DNA from: Candidatus Entotheonellaceae bacterium
GTDB taxonomy: Bacteria > Tectomicrobia > Entotheonellia > Entotheonellales > Entotheonellaceae
Direction of reading: 5' to 3'
NCBI GenBank assembly: GCA_965238075.1
Contig: OZ250173.1
Location: forward strand, 768,001-832,000
DNA length: 64,000 nt
The notes below the pieces were generated by a model. That model was not told the DNA's origin. It did not search any database and saw only the letters and a program-made list of their open reading frames with translations. Shown here piece after piece: positions 1 through 11,221 of this stretch. The stretch's first letter is position 1; each line of letters opens with the position of its first letter. Both the position numbers and the translations under genes were made by a program.

Positions 1-143
1 GTGCTGATGACCTGCCGCACCAGTTCGGCGGACTCCTGCGAAATATGGGCGGTGCCCACCAGCAAGAACGTGCGCCCTTGGTGCTCCACGATTTGCACGT
101 CGGACGGATATCGGTCGGGATCGAACGATGCGGGGTCGGACAA
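1..143 (-). CDS. TraB/GumN (pheromone shutdown TraB-like) family protein, 5' end only, runs off the window
   Basis: Manual minus-strand translation from TTG at 143 gives LSDPASFDPDRYPSDVQIVEHQGRTFLLVGTAHISQESAELVRQVIS. LVGTAH(I/V)SxES is the typical TraB-family N-terminal motif. Not in the ORF track; start uncertain. Confidence 0.7.
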   Translation of the reverse strand, partial: MSDPASFDPDRYPSDVQIVEHQGRTFLLVGTAHISQESAELVRQVIS

Positions 144-298
144 GGTGTTCGCTTTCGTTGACGGTCTCGGAAATCGGTTGGGATGGGCTAGCCTGTGGTC
201 CGGAAAGAATAACACGCCGTGCAGTGCCCGGCGAGGTTGTGTCACAATTTCCGCTTCACGTGAACAGCATTATCCAGGCACGAAAGGAGCCACCGATT

Positions 299-1306
299 AT
301 GAGAGTCTTTGAAATTCGCGACGCGTTCGGCATCGACAACCTGAAGCTGGCGGAGCGGCAGGAAGCAGCCTTGCAGCCGGGGCAGACGCGGGTGCGGGTG
401 CGGGCAACGTCGCTGAATTACCGGGATCTGATGACCGTCAAGCATGGCGGCGCCCGGGGCGTGCGGGTGCCGCTGATCCCGCTGTCGGACGGCGCGGGTG
501 AGGTTGTCGAGGTTGGCCCGGGCGTAAGCCGCGTCAAGCCGGGCGACCGGGTCATGGGCATTTTCATGCAGACCTGGCTGGCCGGGGAACCGACGCAGGC
601 GCATGCCGAATCGGCGCTGGGCGGCGCGATTGATGGCATGCTGGCCGAGCAGGTCGTCCTGCACGAGGACGGCTTGGTGCACGTGCCCGATTATCTGTCG
701 TACGAAGAAGCCGCCACCCTGCCGTGCGCCGCGGTGACCGCCTGGCAGGGGTTGATGACCAAGGGGGGCCTGCAGGCCGGTGACACCATCCTGGTGCTCG
801 GCACCGGCGGCGTGTCCATCTTCGCGTTGCAGTTCGCCGCCATTGCGGGCGCCAGGACCATTATCACGTCCAGCAGCGACGCCAAGCTGGAGCGGGCGAA
901 GCAGATCGGGGCAGCCGAGTGCATCAACTACAAAACCACGCCGGATTGGGAAAAACGGGTGCTGGAATTGACCGACGGCGTCGGCGTGGATCACGTGGTG
1001 GAAGTCGGCGGCGTGGGTACGCTGGAAAAATCGCTGCAGGCCGTACGCATCGGCGGCACGGTCAGCCTCATCGGCGTGCTGACGGGCAGCGGCACCATGG
1101 ATCCCATGGCCATCCTGCGCAAGAGCATCCGCATGCAGGGCATCTACGTCGGCTCGCGGGCGATGTTCGAAGCCATGAATCGCGCCCTGTCGCTGCATGC
1201 CGTGCGGCCGGTCATCGACCGCGCGTTTCCGTTCGAGGAATCGCGGGAAGCCCTTTCCTACATGGAAAGCGCCGCCCATTTCGGCAAGATCGTGGTGACC
1301 TTGTAA
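299..1306 (+). CDS. NAD(P)-dependent medium-chain dehydrogenase/reductase (zinc-type alcohol dehydrogenase-like / quinone oxidoreductase-like)
   Basis: SLNYRD, PLSDGAGEV, LPCAAVTAW and GTGGVS motifs. AAAGGAG RBS upstream of ATG at 299. Confidence 0.9.
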   Translation: MRVFEIRDAFGIDNLKLAERQEAALQPGQTRVRVRATSLNYRDLMTVKHGGARGVRVPLIPLSDGAGEVVEVGPGVSRVKPGDRVMGIFMQTWLAGEPTQAHAESALGGAIDGMLAEQVVLHEDGLVHVPDYLSYEEAATLPCAAVTAWQGLMTKGGLQAGDTILVLGTGGVSIFALQFAAIAGARTIITSSSDAKLERAKQIGAAECINYKTTPDWEKRVLELTDGVGVDHVVEVGGVGTLEKSLQAVRIGGTVSLIGVLTGSGTMDPMAILRKSIRMQGIYVGSRAMFEAMNRALSLHAVRPVIDRAFPFEESREALSYMESAAHFGKIVVTL

Positions 1307-1348
1307 GTCAAGATCAGGGTTGCTTCCGTGCCGCCTGTTTAGCGGAAT

Positions 1349-1378
1349 GTCGGATTACGCTTCGCTGATCCGACTTAC
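1349..1378 (-). repeat. GTAG-type REP-like palindrome; contains the recQ stop codon
   Basis: Minus strand GTAAGTCGGATCAGCGAAGCGTAATCCGAC. Same family at 9518, 15950/16109, 33159, 37430, 45456 and 45521. Confidence 0.8.
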
Positions 1379-3645
1379 AGCGAATCCCGTGCTGCCCGGT
1401 TAGCGGCCAGATGACCGCGAATCTCATCCAGAAGAATCTCGCCGTACTTACGGGCTTTCTCCTCACCAATCCCGTAAATCTCCAACAGGGAATGGCGCTC
1501 GGTGGGCAGCCGCTGCGCCAGTTCCCGCAGCGTGCGGTTGTTGACGATGCAGTACGCCGGCAGGGACTCGGCCTCTGCCAGTGCCTTGCGCCGTGCCTGC
1601 AAGCGCTGCAGCAAAACGGCATCATATTCGGGCTCGGGCTCCGAGGTCTGCGAGGGGGTCTGGAAATCCACCGCGGAGAACACGTCAGGCGTCAGCGATG
1701 GGATCGCCGCGGCGGAGCCCTCAGGTCCGGCAGGTCGGGGCCGAGCCGACGGCGCGGCAGCTTGACGGGGCGTCGTCCCAATATCGGGCAAGAGCGGCAA
1801 CCGGATATCCTGCTGGCGGCGCATCACCGCCTGTCCGTGATCCGTAATTTCCAGTTTCGGGTATTCGTCCCCCACAACGTCGATGCAGCCTGCGCCGATT
1901 AACGCCTCAATGTAGGCGTCTATCATTTCACGCGGTGACCCCTTCAGAATGCCATACGTTGATAGCTGCAACAGGTGCGTATCGCGAATCTCTTTGGCCC
2001 GCGAGCCCTGCAGAACCTGCACCACCCGGGTGCGGCCATAGCGTCCGCGCATGCGGGCCACGCAACTGAGAATCTTCTGGATATTCAGCCACTCACCCTC
2101 CGCAGGGGCACGCACCGGACTTGCCGCCGCGCTCTTGGGAACCGTATCGCTCAGGCAATGGTCGCAGGCAGCGCAGTTCGGCTTGCCCCAAGTCTCGCCG
2201 AAGTATCCCAGTATCTTCTGCCGCCGGCATTGACGGGCGTTGGCAAAGCCGACCATGCGGCGGACTTTGGCCAATTCGTTTTGTCGGCGACGCCGCAGGG
2301 GGCCATCATCCAAAACCAGCGACTGCCCCGGCACCGGTTCCCCGACCAAGCGCACCAGCATGTTCGGCGTGCCGGCCGGCAGATCGTCCCCGGCCTCGAA
2401 AATCGTCAGTTGCTCGATGTAACCCGCCTTTTCCAACAGCCGGGCAGCCGCGGCGAGTTGCATGGCGCTACTGCCGCGCCCCAAGTGCCGCAGCAGGGCC
2501 GACAATTGCACGTCCGTACCCGGAGGCCCCACCCCCGCGATCAACTCGTAGACCCGCTCCATCACCTCGCGCGTCGGGTTGTTGTGCTCGACCAGGAACT
2601 CCTGGATGCGCACGTCGCCGTAGCTGAACAGCAACACGCACTGCGCCTCGGCGCCGTCCCGCCCAGCACGCCCCGCTTCCTGGTAATAAGCCTCCAGCGA
2701 GCGCGGCAGATTGAAGTGCACGACGCAGCGCACGTCCGGCTTGTCGATCCCCATACCAAAGGCGTTGGTCGCCACGATCAGACCGTTCGGTCGCTCCATG
2801 AAGGCATCTTGCGCCTGTTTGCGCGCCGCGTCCGACAGCCCGGCGTGGTAGAGCAGCACCTCCGCGCCCCGCTCTTGCAGAAACGCGACGACTTCCTCTG
2901 CCGCCCGGCGCGTCGAGGTGTAGACGATCGTGCTGCCGTCACGCTGAGCGACGAGCGCCTCCTGCAGAGCCCGCAGCTTGGCCGCCTGACCGTTCAGCGT
3001 CAGCACCCGATAAACCAGGTTAGGGCGGTCGAAGCCATACACGAAGGGCTGCATGTCCGGGCGGCCCAACTGCTGCACGATGTCCTGTTGCACGTCCACC
3101 GTCGCCGTGGCGGTGAGGGCCAGCACCTGCGGCCGGTCCGGCAGCGCCACGGCTTCGCGGAGACGCAAGTAATCGGGGCGAAAATCGTGTCCCCATTCGG
3201 AGATGCAGTGCGCCTCGTCGATGGCGAAGAGCGACACCCGCATGCGGGAAACGACTTCTACGAAGCGCGGGCTGCGAAAGCGCTCCGGCGCGATGTACAG
3301 CAGATCGTAGACGCCCGCCCGGCACGCCAGCAGCCGCTCCTGCTGTTCGCGCGGCGGCAGCGAGCTGTTGACGTACGTGGCGGCGATGCCCTGCGCCTGC
3401 AAGGCGTCAACCTGATCCTTCATCAGGGCGATGAGCGGTGAGATCACCAGCGCACAGCCCTCCTGAAACACCGCCGGCAATTGGTAGCAAAGGGATTTGC
3501 CGCTGCCGGTCGGCATGACGGCCAGAACGTCGCGCCCTTCCAGCACCGTTTCGATAATGGCGGCCTGACCGGGCCGAAAATCGCGGTGCCCGAAGCGCTG
3601 GGACAGAACGTCACGGGCTCGACTCAGGGTGTCGGTTGCTGTCAT
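1375..3645 (-). CDS. recQ: ATP-dependent DNA helicase RecQ family (helicase core, Zn-binding, RQC, HRDC)
   Basis: MPTGSGKSLCYQLP, DEAHCISEWGHDFRP, ATNAFGMGID, YYQEAGRAGRDG, CRR...CAACDHC and a C-terminal HRDC-like segment. Confidence 0.95.
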   Translation of the reverse strand: MTATDTLSRARDVLSQRFGHRDFRPGQAAIIETVLEGRDVLAVMPTGSGKSLCYQLPAVFQEGCALVISPLIALMKDQVDALQAQGIAATYVNSSLPPREQQERLLACRAGVYDLLYIAPERFRSPRFVEVVSRMRVSLFAIDEAHCISEWGHDFRPDYLRLREAVALPDRPQVLALTATATVDVQQDIVQQLGRPDMQPFVYGFDRPNLVYRVLTLNGQAAKLRALQEALVAQRDGSTIVYTSTRRAAEEVVAFLQERGAEVLLYHAGLSDAARKQAQDAFMERPNGLIVATNAFGMGIDKPDVRCVVHFNLPRSLEAYYQEAGRAGRDGAEAQCVLLFSYGDVRIQEFLVEHNNPTREVMERVYELIAGVGPPGTDVQLSALLRHLGRGSSAMQLAAAARLLEKAGYIEQLTIFEAGDDLPAGTPNMLVRLVGEPVPGQSLVLDDGPLRRRRQNELAKVRRMVGFANARQCRRQKILGYFGETWGKPNCAACDHCLSDTVPKSAAASPVRAPAEGEWLNIQKILSCVARMRGRYGRTRVVQVLQGSRAKEIRDTHLLQLSTYGILKGSPREMIDAYIEALIGAGCIDVVGDEYPKLEITDHGQAVMRRQQDIRLPLLPDIGTTPRQAAAPSARPRPAGPEGSAAAIPSLTPDVFSAVDFQTPSQTSEPEPEYDAVLLQRLQARRKALAEAESLPAYCIVNNRTLRELAQRLPTERHSLLEIYGIGEEKARKYGEILLDEIRGHLAANRAARDSL

Positions 3646-3758
3646 GGCTTTGTGGATTCAGTGGAGGTGTGGGAACGAGCGAAACAGACGGGTGCCAAAG
3701 GAAGCGCAAGCATAGCCCAAGGGATCAACGATGGCCAACGCATATTTGACAGATAAAA

Positions 3759-3787
3759 TTGACAATAAGGCTGGTAGCCGTTAAATT
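3759..3787 (+). promoter_or_regulatory. Putative sigma70 promoter of the suf operon
   Basis: TTGACA (3759-3764), 17-bp spacer, TAAATT (3782-3787) in the AT-rich divergent spacer. A second TTGACA lies at 3746-3751. Confidence 0.55.
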
Positions 3788-3824
3788 ACCCGGCACTATC
3801 CTCTCTTATTGAGGGAACTGAGCC

Positions 3825-4463
3825 ATGTTATCCGACATTCGACATGACAATTCGCCGGCCGGCCAGATTCTGCGTCTCTTGCAACACCAGGGCAGGCGCA
3901 GCATCAAGGAGATCGAAGCCGAGTTGGGCGTCACCACGACGGCCGTACGCCAGCAGTTGACGTCGCTGGTCGCCGCCGATCTGGTGACGGCTGACACGGT
4001 GCGCGAAAAGCGAGGCCGACCGCACGCCGTCTACAACCTCTCGGACAAAGGCCACGAGCTCTTCGCCCGCGGCTCGATGGATTTGGCGCACGCCCTGCTC
4101 GGCGAAGTGCTGCGGCTCGGCGATCCCGGACTGGCGCAGCAGCTTTTGAGCCGGGTCAGTACGCGCCTGGGGCGTCGTTACGCCGAGCAAATGCACGGCA
4201 TCGCGGTGCAGGACCGTTTGCAGGACTTGGCGGCCTGGCTCGAGGTGCACGGCATTCCCAGCAAGGTGGACGAAGAAGCCGACGCCTTCGTGTTGACCGA
4301 GTACGGCTGTCCCTACTACGGCTTGGCCCGCGAGCACCGCGAAGTGTGTGACATGGAAATTGAAGCGATGGAATTGGCCCTGGGATCACCGGTGACGCTG
4401 TACCAATCGCAGCTTGACGGGCACCACGGCTGCCAGTTTCAGGTGAAGAAACCACCGGCGTGA
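3825..4463 (+). CDS. sufR: SufR-like HTH transcriptional regulator (ArsR/DeoR-like HTH plus C-terminal Cys cluster)
   Basis: N-terminal HTH with RGRP wing; C-terminal CPY..C..C ligands; first gene of the suf operon. Confidence 0.8.
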   Translation: MLSDIRHDNSPAGQILRLLQHQGRRSIKEIEAELGVTTTAVRQQLTSLVAADLVTADTVREKRGRPHAVYNLSDKGHELFARGSMDLAHALLGEVLRLGDPGLAQQLLSRVSTRLGRRYAEQMHGIAVQDRLQDLAAWLEVHGIPSKVDEEADAFVLTEYGCPYYGLAREHREVCDMEIEAMELALGSPVTLYQSQLDGHHGCQFQVKKPPA

Positions 4464-4513
4464 GGCCGGGCGCCCAGCGCTGAAGAAACGGAATTGACTT
4501 TCTTTAGGGAGAA

Positions 4514-5329
4514 ATGAGTCACATGGACTTGAGTATTCGGAACCTGCAGGTCAGTGTCGACGACAAGCCCATCCTGCGGGGCCTGAACCTGGAGATTAAA
4601 CAGGGAGAGATTCACGCCCTGATGGGACCCAACGGCTCGGGCAAAAGCACCCTGGCCTACGCCCTCATGGGCAATGAGAAGTACCGCGTGGACGCCGGCG
4701 AGATTCTGCTGGACGGTGAAAACCTGCTCGATCTCGCCGTTGACGAACGCGCCCGCCGCGGCCTGTTCCTCGCCTTCCAATACCCCACCACCATTCCCGG
4801 CGTCACCCTGGCTGATTTTCTACGCCGCTCCGTCAGCGCCGTGCGCCGCGCCCGCGGTACCGCTGCCGGTGCCGAATCCCAAGAGACAACAACCGGTCAG
4901 GGCATGCTCGTACCGATGCGCGAGTTCCGGCGCGAACTGCTCGGCAAAATGAAGGACCTCGGCGTCGACCAGGCGTTTGCGCGCCGCTACCTGAACGAGG
5001 GTTTTTCGGGTGGGGAAAAGAAACGCGTTGAAGTCCTGCAACTCGCCATGCTGCAGCCGAAATTCGCCATTCTCGACGAAACCGACTCCGGTCTGGATAT
5101 CGATGCCCTGCGCACGGTGGCGGAAGGGGTCAGCGCCCTCGCCGGCTCGGAGCTCGGCGTCCTCGTCATCACCCATTATCAGCGCTTGTTGAACTACATC
5201 AAACCACACTTCGTGCACATCCTCCTGGATGGGCAAATCGTTGAATCGGGCGGAGCGGACATGGCCGAAAAGCTGGACGCAAGCGGCTACGACGGGCTCC
5301 GCGAGAAGTACGCCGAACCGGTCGCTTAG
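4514..5329 (+). CDS. sufC: Fe-S cluster assembly ATPase SufC
   Basis: [48 protein letters not shown]. Confidence 0.97.
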   Translation: MSHMDLSIRNLQVSVDDKPILRGLNLEIKQGEIHALMGPNGSGKSTLAYALMGNEKYRVDAGEILLDGENLLDLAVDERARRGLFLAFQYPTTIPGVTLADFLRRSVSAVRRARGTAAGAESQETTTGQGMLVPMREFRRELLGKMKDLGVDQAFARRYLNEGFSGGEKKRVEVLQLAMLQPKFAILDETDSGLDIDALRTVAEGVSALAGSELGVLVITHYQRLLNYIKPHFVHILLDGQIVESGGADMAEKLDASGYDGLREKYAEPVA

Positions 5330-5373
5330 CGGCCCGGTCAATCGGCCAGGAACAGCACTTAAGGAGATTGCTC

Positions 5374-6795
<1,422 letters not shown>

Positions 6796-6807
6796 GAGAG
6801 GAGCAAC

Positions 6808-8136
6808 GTGGCCGTTGTAACGAATGCGAGTGAACTGAGCGCCGAGGCGGTCGAAGCGCTCAGTGCCTCGAAGAACGAACCGGCGTGGATGCGCGACAAG
6901 CGCCGCGCCGCCTGGCAACTCAGCCAGGAGTTGCCCATGCCGACCGATACCGACGAGGCATGGCGGCGCACCGATCTGCGTGGGCTGGACGTCGGCCAGT
7001 ACGCGGCGCTGTCGCCGCAAGTCGAGGCGGTTTCTGTCCGTGAGGAATTGCCGGCCTATATGGCGCCGCATCTTGCCATGCCGGAAACAACCGTCGGCGG
7101 TGTGCTGGTGCACCAGGACGGCAACGCCCTGTGGCAAATATTCGAAGCCGATCTGGCCGCACAGGGCGTCATTTTTTGCGACCTCGACACTGCGGTGCAG
7201 CAGCATACCGATCTCGTTGAAGCGCACTTCATGACCGAGGCCGTGCCTGTCGATACCGATGCCTTCACGGCCCTGCACGGTGCTTTGTGGCAAGGCGGCA
7301 TCTTTCTGTACGTGCCCAGCGGCGTTCAGGTGCAGGTGCCGTTGCAGGCGCTGACCGCACATGCTACGGCCTCCGGCATGGTGCAGCCGCACCTGCTGCT
7401 CATCGCCGATGCCCAGAGCCAGGTGACCCTCGTGGATGAGCAGTTTTCGCAATCGGCCGATCTGCCAGGCTTCCACAACGGCGTTGTCGAGCTTTACCTC
7501 AAGCGCGGCGCCCGGGCGACCTATCTGCAAATCCAGAACTGGAGCCGACGCCTGTGGGGCATCAGCCACCAACGCGCCGTGCTCGACGCCGACAGCCAAC
7601 TTCACTGGGCCGCAGCGGGACTGGGAAGCCGCCTGTATTGGACCTCGCAGGCCGTCTGGCTGCGGGCGCCGGGCGCCAATTCGAAGCTCTTCGGTCTGAA
7701 CTTCGCCGACGGACGCCAGCACCTGGATTACCAAACCCGCCAGGACCACACCGCCCCCCACACCGAAAGCGATCTGCTGTTCAAGGGCGTGGTTCTCGAC
7801 CGGGCGCGGACCGTCTTTCGCGGCGTCCTGCATCTGCGCAAGGAGGCCCAGCAGACCAACGCCTACCAGGCCACCCACAACCTGCTGCTGAGCCCGAAGG
7901 CGCGCGCCGATGCCCTGCCCATCCTCGAAATCGAAGCCGACGACGTGCGCTGCAAGCACGGCTCCACCACCGGCCGGGTGGACGAGGAGCAAATGTTCTA
8001 CCTGATGAGCCGGGGCCTGTCGCGCCAGGAAGCGCAGCGCTTGATCGTCCAGGGGTTCTTCGAGACGGTGATCACCGAGTTTCCGGTGGAAGGCGTGCAG
8101 GAGAAAATCCGTTTGGCGATTGAGGACAGGATTTAG
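6808..8136 (+). CDS. sufD: Fe-S cluster assembly protein SufD
   Basis: [35 protein letters not shown]; follows sufB. Confidence 0.95.
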   Translation: MAVVTNASELSAEAVEALSASKNEPAWMRDKRRAAWQLSQELPMPTDTDEAWRRTDLRGLDVGQYAALSPQVEAVSVREELPAYMAPHLAMPETTVGGVLVHQDGNALWQIFEADLAAQGVIFCDLDTAVQQHTDLVEAHFMTEAVPVDTDAFTALHGALWQGGIFLYVPSGVQVQVPLQALTAHATASGMVQPHLLLIADAQSQVTLVDEQFSQSADLPGFHNGVVELYLKRGARATYLQIQNWSRRLWGISHQRAVLDADSQLHWAAAGLGSRLYWTSQAVWLRAPGANSKLFGLNFADGRQHLDYQTRQDHTAPHTESDLLFKGVVLDRARTVFRGVLHLRKEAQQTNAYQATHNLLLSPKARADALPILEIEADDVRCKHGSTTGRVDEEQMFYLMSRGLSRQEAQRLIVQGFFETVITEFPVEGVQEKIRLAIEDRI

Positions 8137-8173
8137 CGCCATTTTGCATCGCAACGGCTTAGGGTTGAGTTGG

Positions 8174-8252
8174 CGTCACTCCGGCTTTCGCCGGAGTCCA
8201 GGGTTTTTCTGGAGCAGAGGTCACTGGATTCCGGGTCAAGCCCGGAATGACG
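8174..8252. repeat. CGTC-type REP doublet (inverted pair of palindromes)
   Basis: CGTCACTCCGGCTTTCGCCGGAGTCCAG ... CTGGATTCCGGGTCAAGCCCGGAATGACG. Related copies at 15976, 21545 and 24458. Confidence 0.8.
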
Positions 8253-8314
8253 CTTTGGAACATCGAATGGTTAATCCAGAACGGAAAATGCTTTAGCGAG
8301 AAGGATTGGACGGT

Positions 8315-8629
8315 ATGGCGGAGTGGGTCAAGATCGGCGAAGTGGGGGAACTGGCCCCCGGCGAGAAGAAACAGGTGGACCTGGACGGCCTGGAGGTTGC
8401 GCTGTTCAACGTGGAAGGCGCGTATTACGTCATTGAAGACGTGTGCACGCACGACGGCGCCCCCCTGGCGCACGGCAAATTCGCCGGCAAGGAAGTCAGT
8501 TGCCCGCGGCACGGCGCGCGCTTTGACGTCTGCACCGGCGCCGCCCTGTGCATGCCGGCGATCGAGCCGGTGGACACCTATGAGGTCAAAATCGACGGCG
8601 ACGACATCTGCATCGAGGTCGATCTGTAG
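8315..8629 (+). CDS. Rieske-type [2Fe-2S] ferredoxin
   Basis: CTHDG and CPRHG Rieske motifs. Confidence 0.93.
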   Translation: MAEWVKIGEVGELAPGEKKQVDLDGLEVALFNVEGAYYVIEDVCTHDGAPLAHGKFAGKEVSCPRHGARFDVCTGAALCMPAIEPVDTYEVKIDGDDICIEVDL

Positions 8630-8631
8630 TC

Positions 8632-8680
8632 GCCCCCGAGGGGTTTTTAGAAGCCCCCCTGACAAGGGGGGTTGGGGGGT
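8632..8680. repeat. C/G-rich palindromic repeat
   Basis: CCCCCTGACAAGGGGGGTTGGGGGG, related to the CCCTC..CCC family at 9027, 14683, 33086 and 47770. Confidence 0.55.
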
Positions 8681-8708
8681 TTTCCAGCCATCCTGGGAGG
8701 AGGCATAC

Positions 8709-9008
8709 ATGCTTGAGCAAGAAACAATCTACGACGCCCTGAAGCAGATCATCGACCCCGAGGTCGGGATCAATATCGTCGACATGGGGCTGATTTACGA
8801 TCTTGAGATCGGCGACCAGAAGATCGATCTGACCATGACCCTCACGAGCCCCGCCTGTCCCGCTGGCCCGATGATTCTGACGCAGATCGATAATCAGCTT
8901 AAAGCCCTGGAAAACGTCGAGGACGTGGACATCAAGGTTGTCTGGAGCCCGCCCTGGACTCCGGACATGCTGTCGGAAGACGCCAGGGACCAACTGGGGA
9001 TTTTCTAA
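8709..9008 (+). CDS. sufT: Metal-sulfur cluster assembly factor (SufT/DUF59 family)
   Basis: DPEVGINIVDMGLIY, MTLTSPACP, WSPPWTP. GGGAGGAGG RBS. Confidence 0.9.
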   Translation: MLEQETIYDALKQIIDPEVGINIVDMGLIYDLEIGDQKIDLTMTLTSPACPAGPMILTQIDNQLKALENVEDVDIKVVWSPPWTPDMLSEDARDQLGIF

Positions 9009-9026
9009 CGGTGGCAACCGGATTTG

Positions 9027-9055
9027 CCCTCCCCTAGCCCTCCCGGGAGGAGGGG
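9027..9055 (+). repeat. C/G-rich palindromic repeat
   Basis: CCCTCCCCTAGCCCTCCCGGGAGGAGGGG, same family as 14683, 33086 and 47770. Confidence 0.6.
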
Positions 9056-9078
9056 CATTTTGAACCGGTGAGGAGTTG

Positions 9079-9531
9079 ATGATGCACGAGACGGCATGCC
9101 CCGAGGCGCTGCAGGACATCATCGAGGAGTTCAGCAGCGCCTCACCCGAGGAACGCCTGGAACTGCTCCTGGAATTCGCCATGGAGTTGCCCGACCTACC
9201 GGAGGAACTGCACAACGCCCGCGACACCATGGAGCAAGTGCATGAGTGCCAGAGCCCCGTCTTTCTGCACGCCTCGCTGAAAGACGGCCGCGTCGTCTAC
9301 CACATCGACGTACCCCGCGAGGCGCCAACCGTACGCGGCTTCGCGAGCATCCTCCACAGCGGCCTGAACGGCGCCACGCCGGCGGCCATCGCCGCCGCTC
9401 CCGCCAACCTCTACCAGCAACTCGGACTGCACAAAGTCATCTCGCCCCTGCGGCTGCGCGGACTGGCGGCATTGCTGGGCCGCATGAAACGCAACGCCGA
9501 GGAATTGGCCGTTTCGAGTCGGCCGGATTAG
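9079..9531 (+). CDS. sufE: SufE family sulfur acceptor
   Basis: VHECQSPVF (Cys retained), EAPTVRGFASIL, SPLRLRGL. Confidence 0.9.
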   Translation: MMHETACPEALQDIIEEFSSASPEERLELLLEFAMELPDLPEELHNARDTMEQVHECQSPVFLHASLKDGRVVYHIDVPREAPTVRGFASILHSGLNGATPAAIAAAPANLYQQLGLHKVISPLRLRGLAALLGRMKRNAEELAVSSRPD

Positions 9532-9549
9532 CCGCAGGCATAATCCGAC
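9518..9549 (+). repeat. GTAG-type REP-like palindrome overlapping the sufE stop
   Basis: GTCGGCCGGATTAGCCGCAGGCATAATCCGAC. Confidence 0.7.
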
Positions 9550-9581
9550 GGCGGGAATTGCGACCTCTTGCCAGACAGTCG

Positions 9582-10799
9582 TTACAGGCCCGTAATCGGC
9601 GTATCCACCAACTCTGGAAACACCCCGCCCTCGTAAGCGTGGCGCTCGGCCACCTCCTCGTTCAGTTCAAAGCCCAAACCGGGCTTGGTCGGCGGAATGA
9701 TGAAGCCGTCCTGCCACTGAATGGGCTCCTTCAACACCTCGCCGTAAAATCCGCCAAACGTTTCGATGCTTTCCTGAATCAGAAAATTCGGGCTGCAGGT
9801 GGCGATCTGGATATTGGCCGCCGCTTCCAGCGGCCCGCAGTAGAGATGCGGCGCGATCTGGACGTAGTACGCTTCTGCCATGCCGGCAATCTTCTTCGCT
9901 TCCAGGATGCCGCCGACGCGCCCCAAGGCGGGCTGCAGAATGGCCGCCGCCTGCTTTTCGAGCAGCGGCGCGAACTCGTACTTGGTGGTCAGCCGCTCAC
10001 CGGTGGCGATGGGAATGCAGGTCGAATGCGCCACCCGCGCCATCTCGTTCAAGTTCTCCGGCGGTACCGGCTCCTCGAACCACAGCGGCTCATACGGCTC
10101 CAGGCGGCGGGCGAAGCGAATCGCCGCGGCGGTCGTCATCTGGCCGTGCGTGCCAATGAGCAGATCACACTTGCTGCCCACCGCCTCCCGCATGTTCTTG
10201 ACCACCAACTCGGCGTTGTCGAGCACCTCCAGCGTCAGCTGCCTGGGGTCGAAGGCGCCCATCGGCATGATGGGGTCGAATTTCAGGGCGGTGAAGCCCT
10301 GCTCCAGGTACTGCAGGGCGCGGCGCGGCGCGCGCTCCGGGTCGCCGAAGATATTAGCGACTTCAAACGCGTCCGAGGTCCCGTCTGGCTCCGCGGGAGC
10401 TGGGTAAAGATACGTGTAGGACCGCAATTTCTCGTGGACCTGGCCGCCGAGCAGGTTGTAGACCGGCTGGTTGAGCGCCTTACCCACGATGTCCCAGCAG
10501 GCCATTTCGATACCGCTCAACACGCCCATGAGGCTCAAGTCCGGGTGCTGCGTGTAACCGCTCGAATAGACGACGCGCCAGAGCTTTTCGATCTGGAACG
10601 GATTCGCGCCGATGACGTAGCGCTCGACCACGTCCTCGACCAAGCGCGCCACCAGCTTCGGGTGAAACGGCACGCCGTAAGCCTCGCCAAAGCCCTCGAT
10701 GTTGTCGTCCGTCGTCAGCTTCAGGAACACCCAGTACGCACCCCCGTGGTGCGGCGGCGGATTACCTACCACGTAGGTTTTGACATCCTTGATTTTCAT
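9582..10799 (-). CDS. Mandelate racemase/muconate lactonizing enzyme family (galactonate dehydratase-like)
   Basis: EMACWDIVGKALNQPVYNLLGG, KFDP, WFEEP, ATGERL, PGLGFE. Confidence 0.9.
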   Translation of the reverse strand: MKIKDVKTYVVGNPPPHHGGAYWVFLKLTTDDNIEGFGEAYGVPFHPKLVARLVEDVVERYVIGANPFQIEKLWRVVYSSGYTQHPDLSLMGVLSGIEMACWDIVGKALNQPVYNLLGGQVHEKLRSYTYLYPAPAEPDGTSDAFEVANIFGDPERAPRRALQYLEQGFTALKFDPIMPMGAFDPRQLTLEVLDNAELVVKNMREAVGSKCDLLIGTHGQMTTAAAIRFARRLEPYEPLWFEEPVPPENLNEMARVAHSTCIPIATGERLTTKYEFAPLLEKQAAAILQPALGRVGGILEAKKIAGMAEAYYVQIAPHLYCGPLEAAANIQIATCSPNFLIQESIETFGGFYGEVLKEPIQWQDGFIIPPTKPGLGFELNEEVAERHAYEGGVFPELVDTPITGL

Positions 10800-11153
10800 T
10801 GGCTTTGTCCTTTCACCTTCGTACAGTTCGAGCTTGCCTGTTCGAGAACCTCCAAATAACGACGGGCCGTCTGTTCACGGGAGAAGTTCTCGATGACGTA
10901 CCGTCGCCCATTTGCACCCATTCTTTGACGCAGGTCAGCGTCCCGGCTGAGGCGAACAATTGCGGCGGTCAGCGCCTCATTGTTCCCCTGCTCAATCACC
11001 AGGCCGGCATTGGCCGCATTCAGTATCTGCGAAGCCTGCCCTTCCGCACATAATACAACGGGACGCGCACAGGAGCATGAATTCGAGCATCCGGACGGGA
11101 ATGACAACGTTGTTCACATCGGCCTTTCGCAACGTGACGAGACAAACCTCACT
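10796..11153 (-). pseudogene. Glycosyltransferase family 4, C-terminal remnant (5'-truncated, frameshifted)
   Basis: Reads SEVCLVTLRKADVNNVVIPVRMLEFM, then one extra base near 11075, then SCARPVVLCAEG...RQRMGANGRRYVIENFSRE. Similarity stops abruptly at CTAG 11152-11155. Confidence 0.8.
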
Positions 11154-11221
11154 AGGGCTTGGGGACATTTTTTTGAACCGCTGGCTAAAATTGAGGGATC
11201 ATTCAGTCCGAAACAACTACA

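Noticed and set aside
10796..10799. ATGA overlap suggesting the GT4 fragment and the enolase-family gene form a functional operon
   Set aside because: The GT4 is a truncated, frameshifted remnant whose tail looks like read-through, so no functional coupling can be supported.
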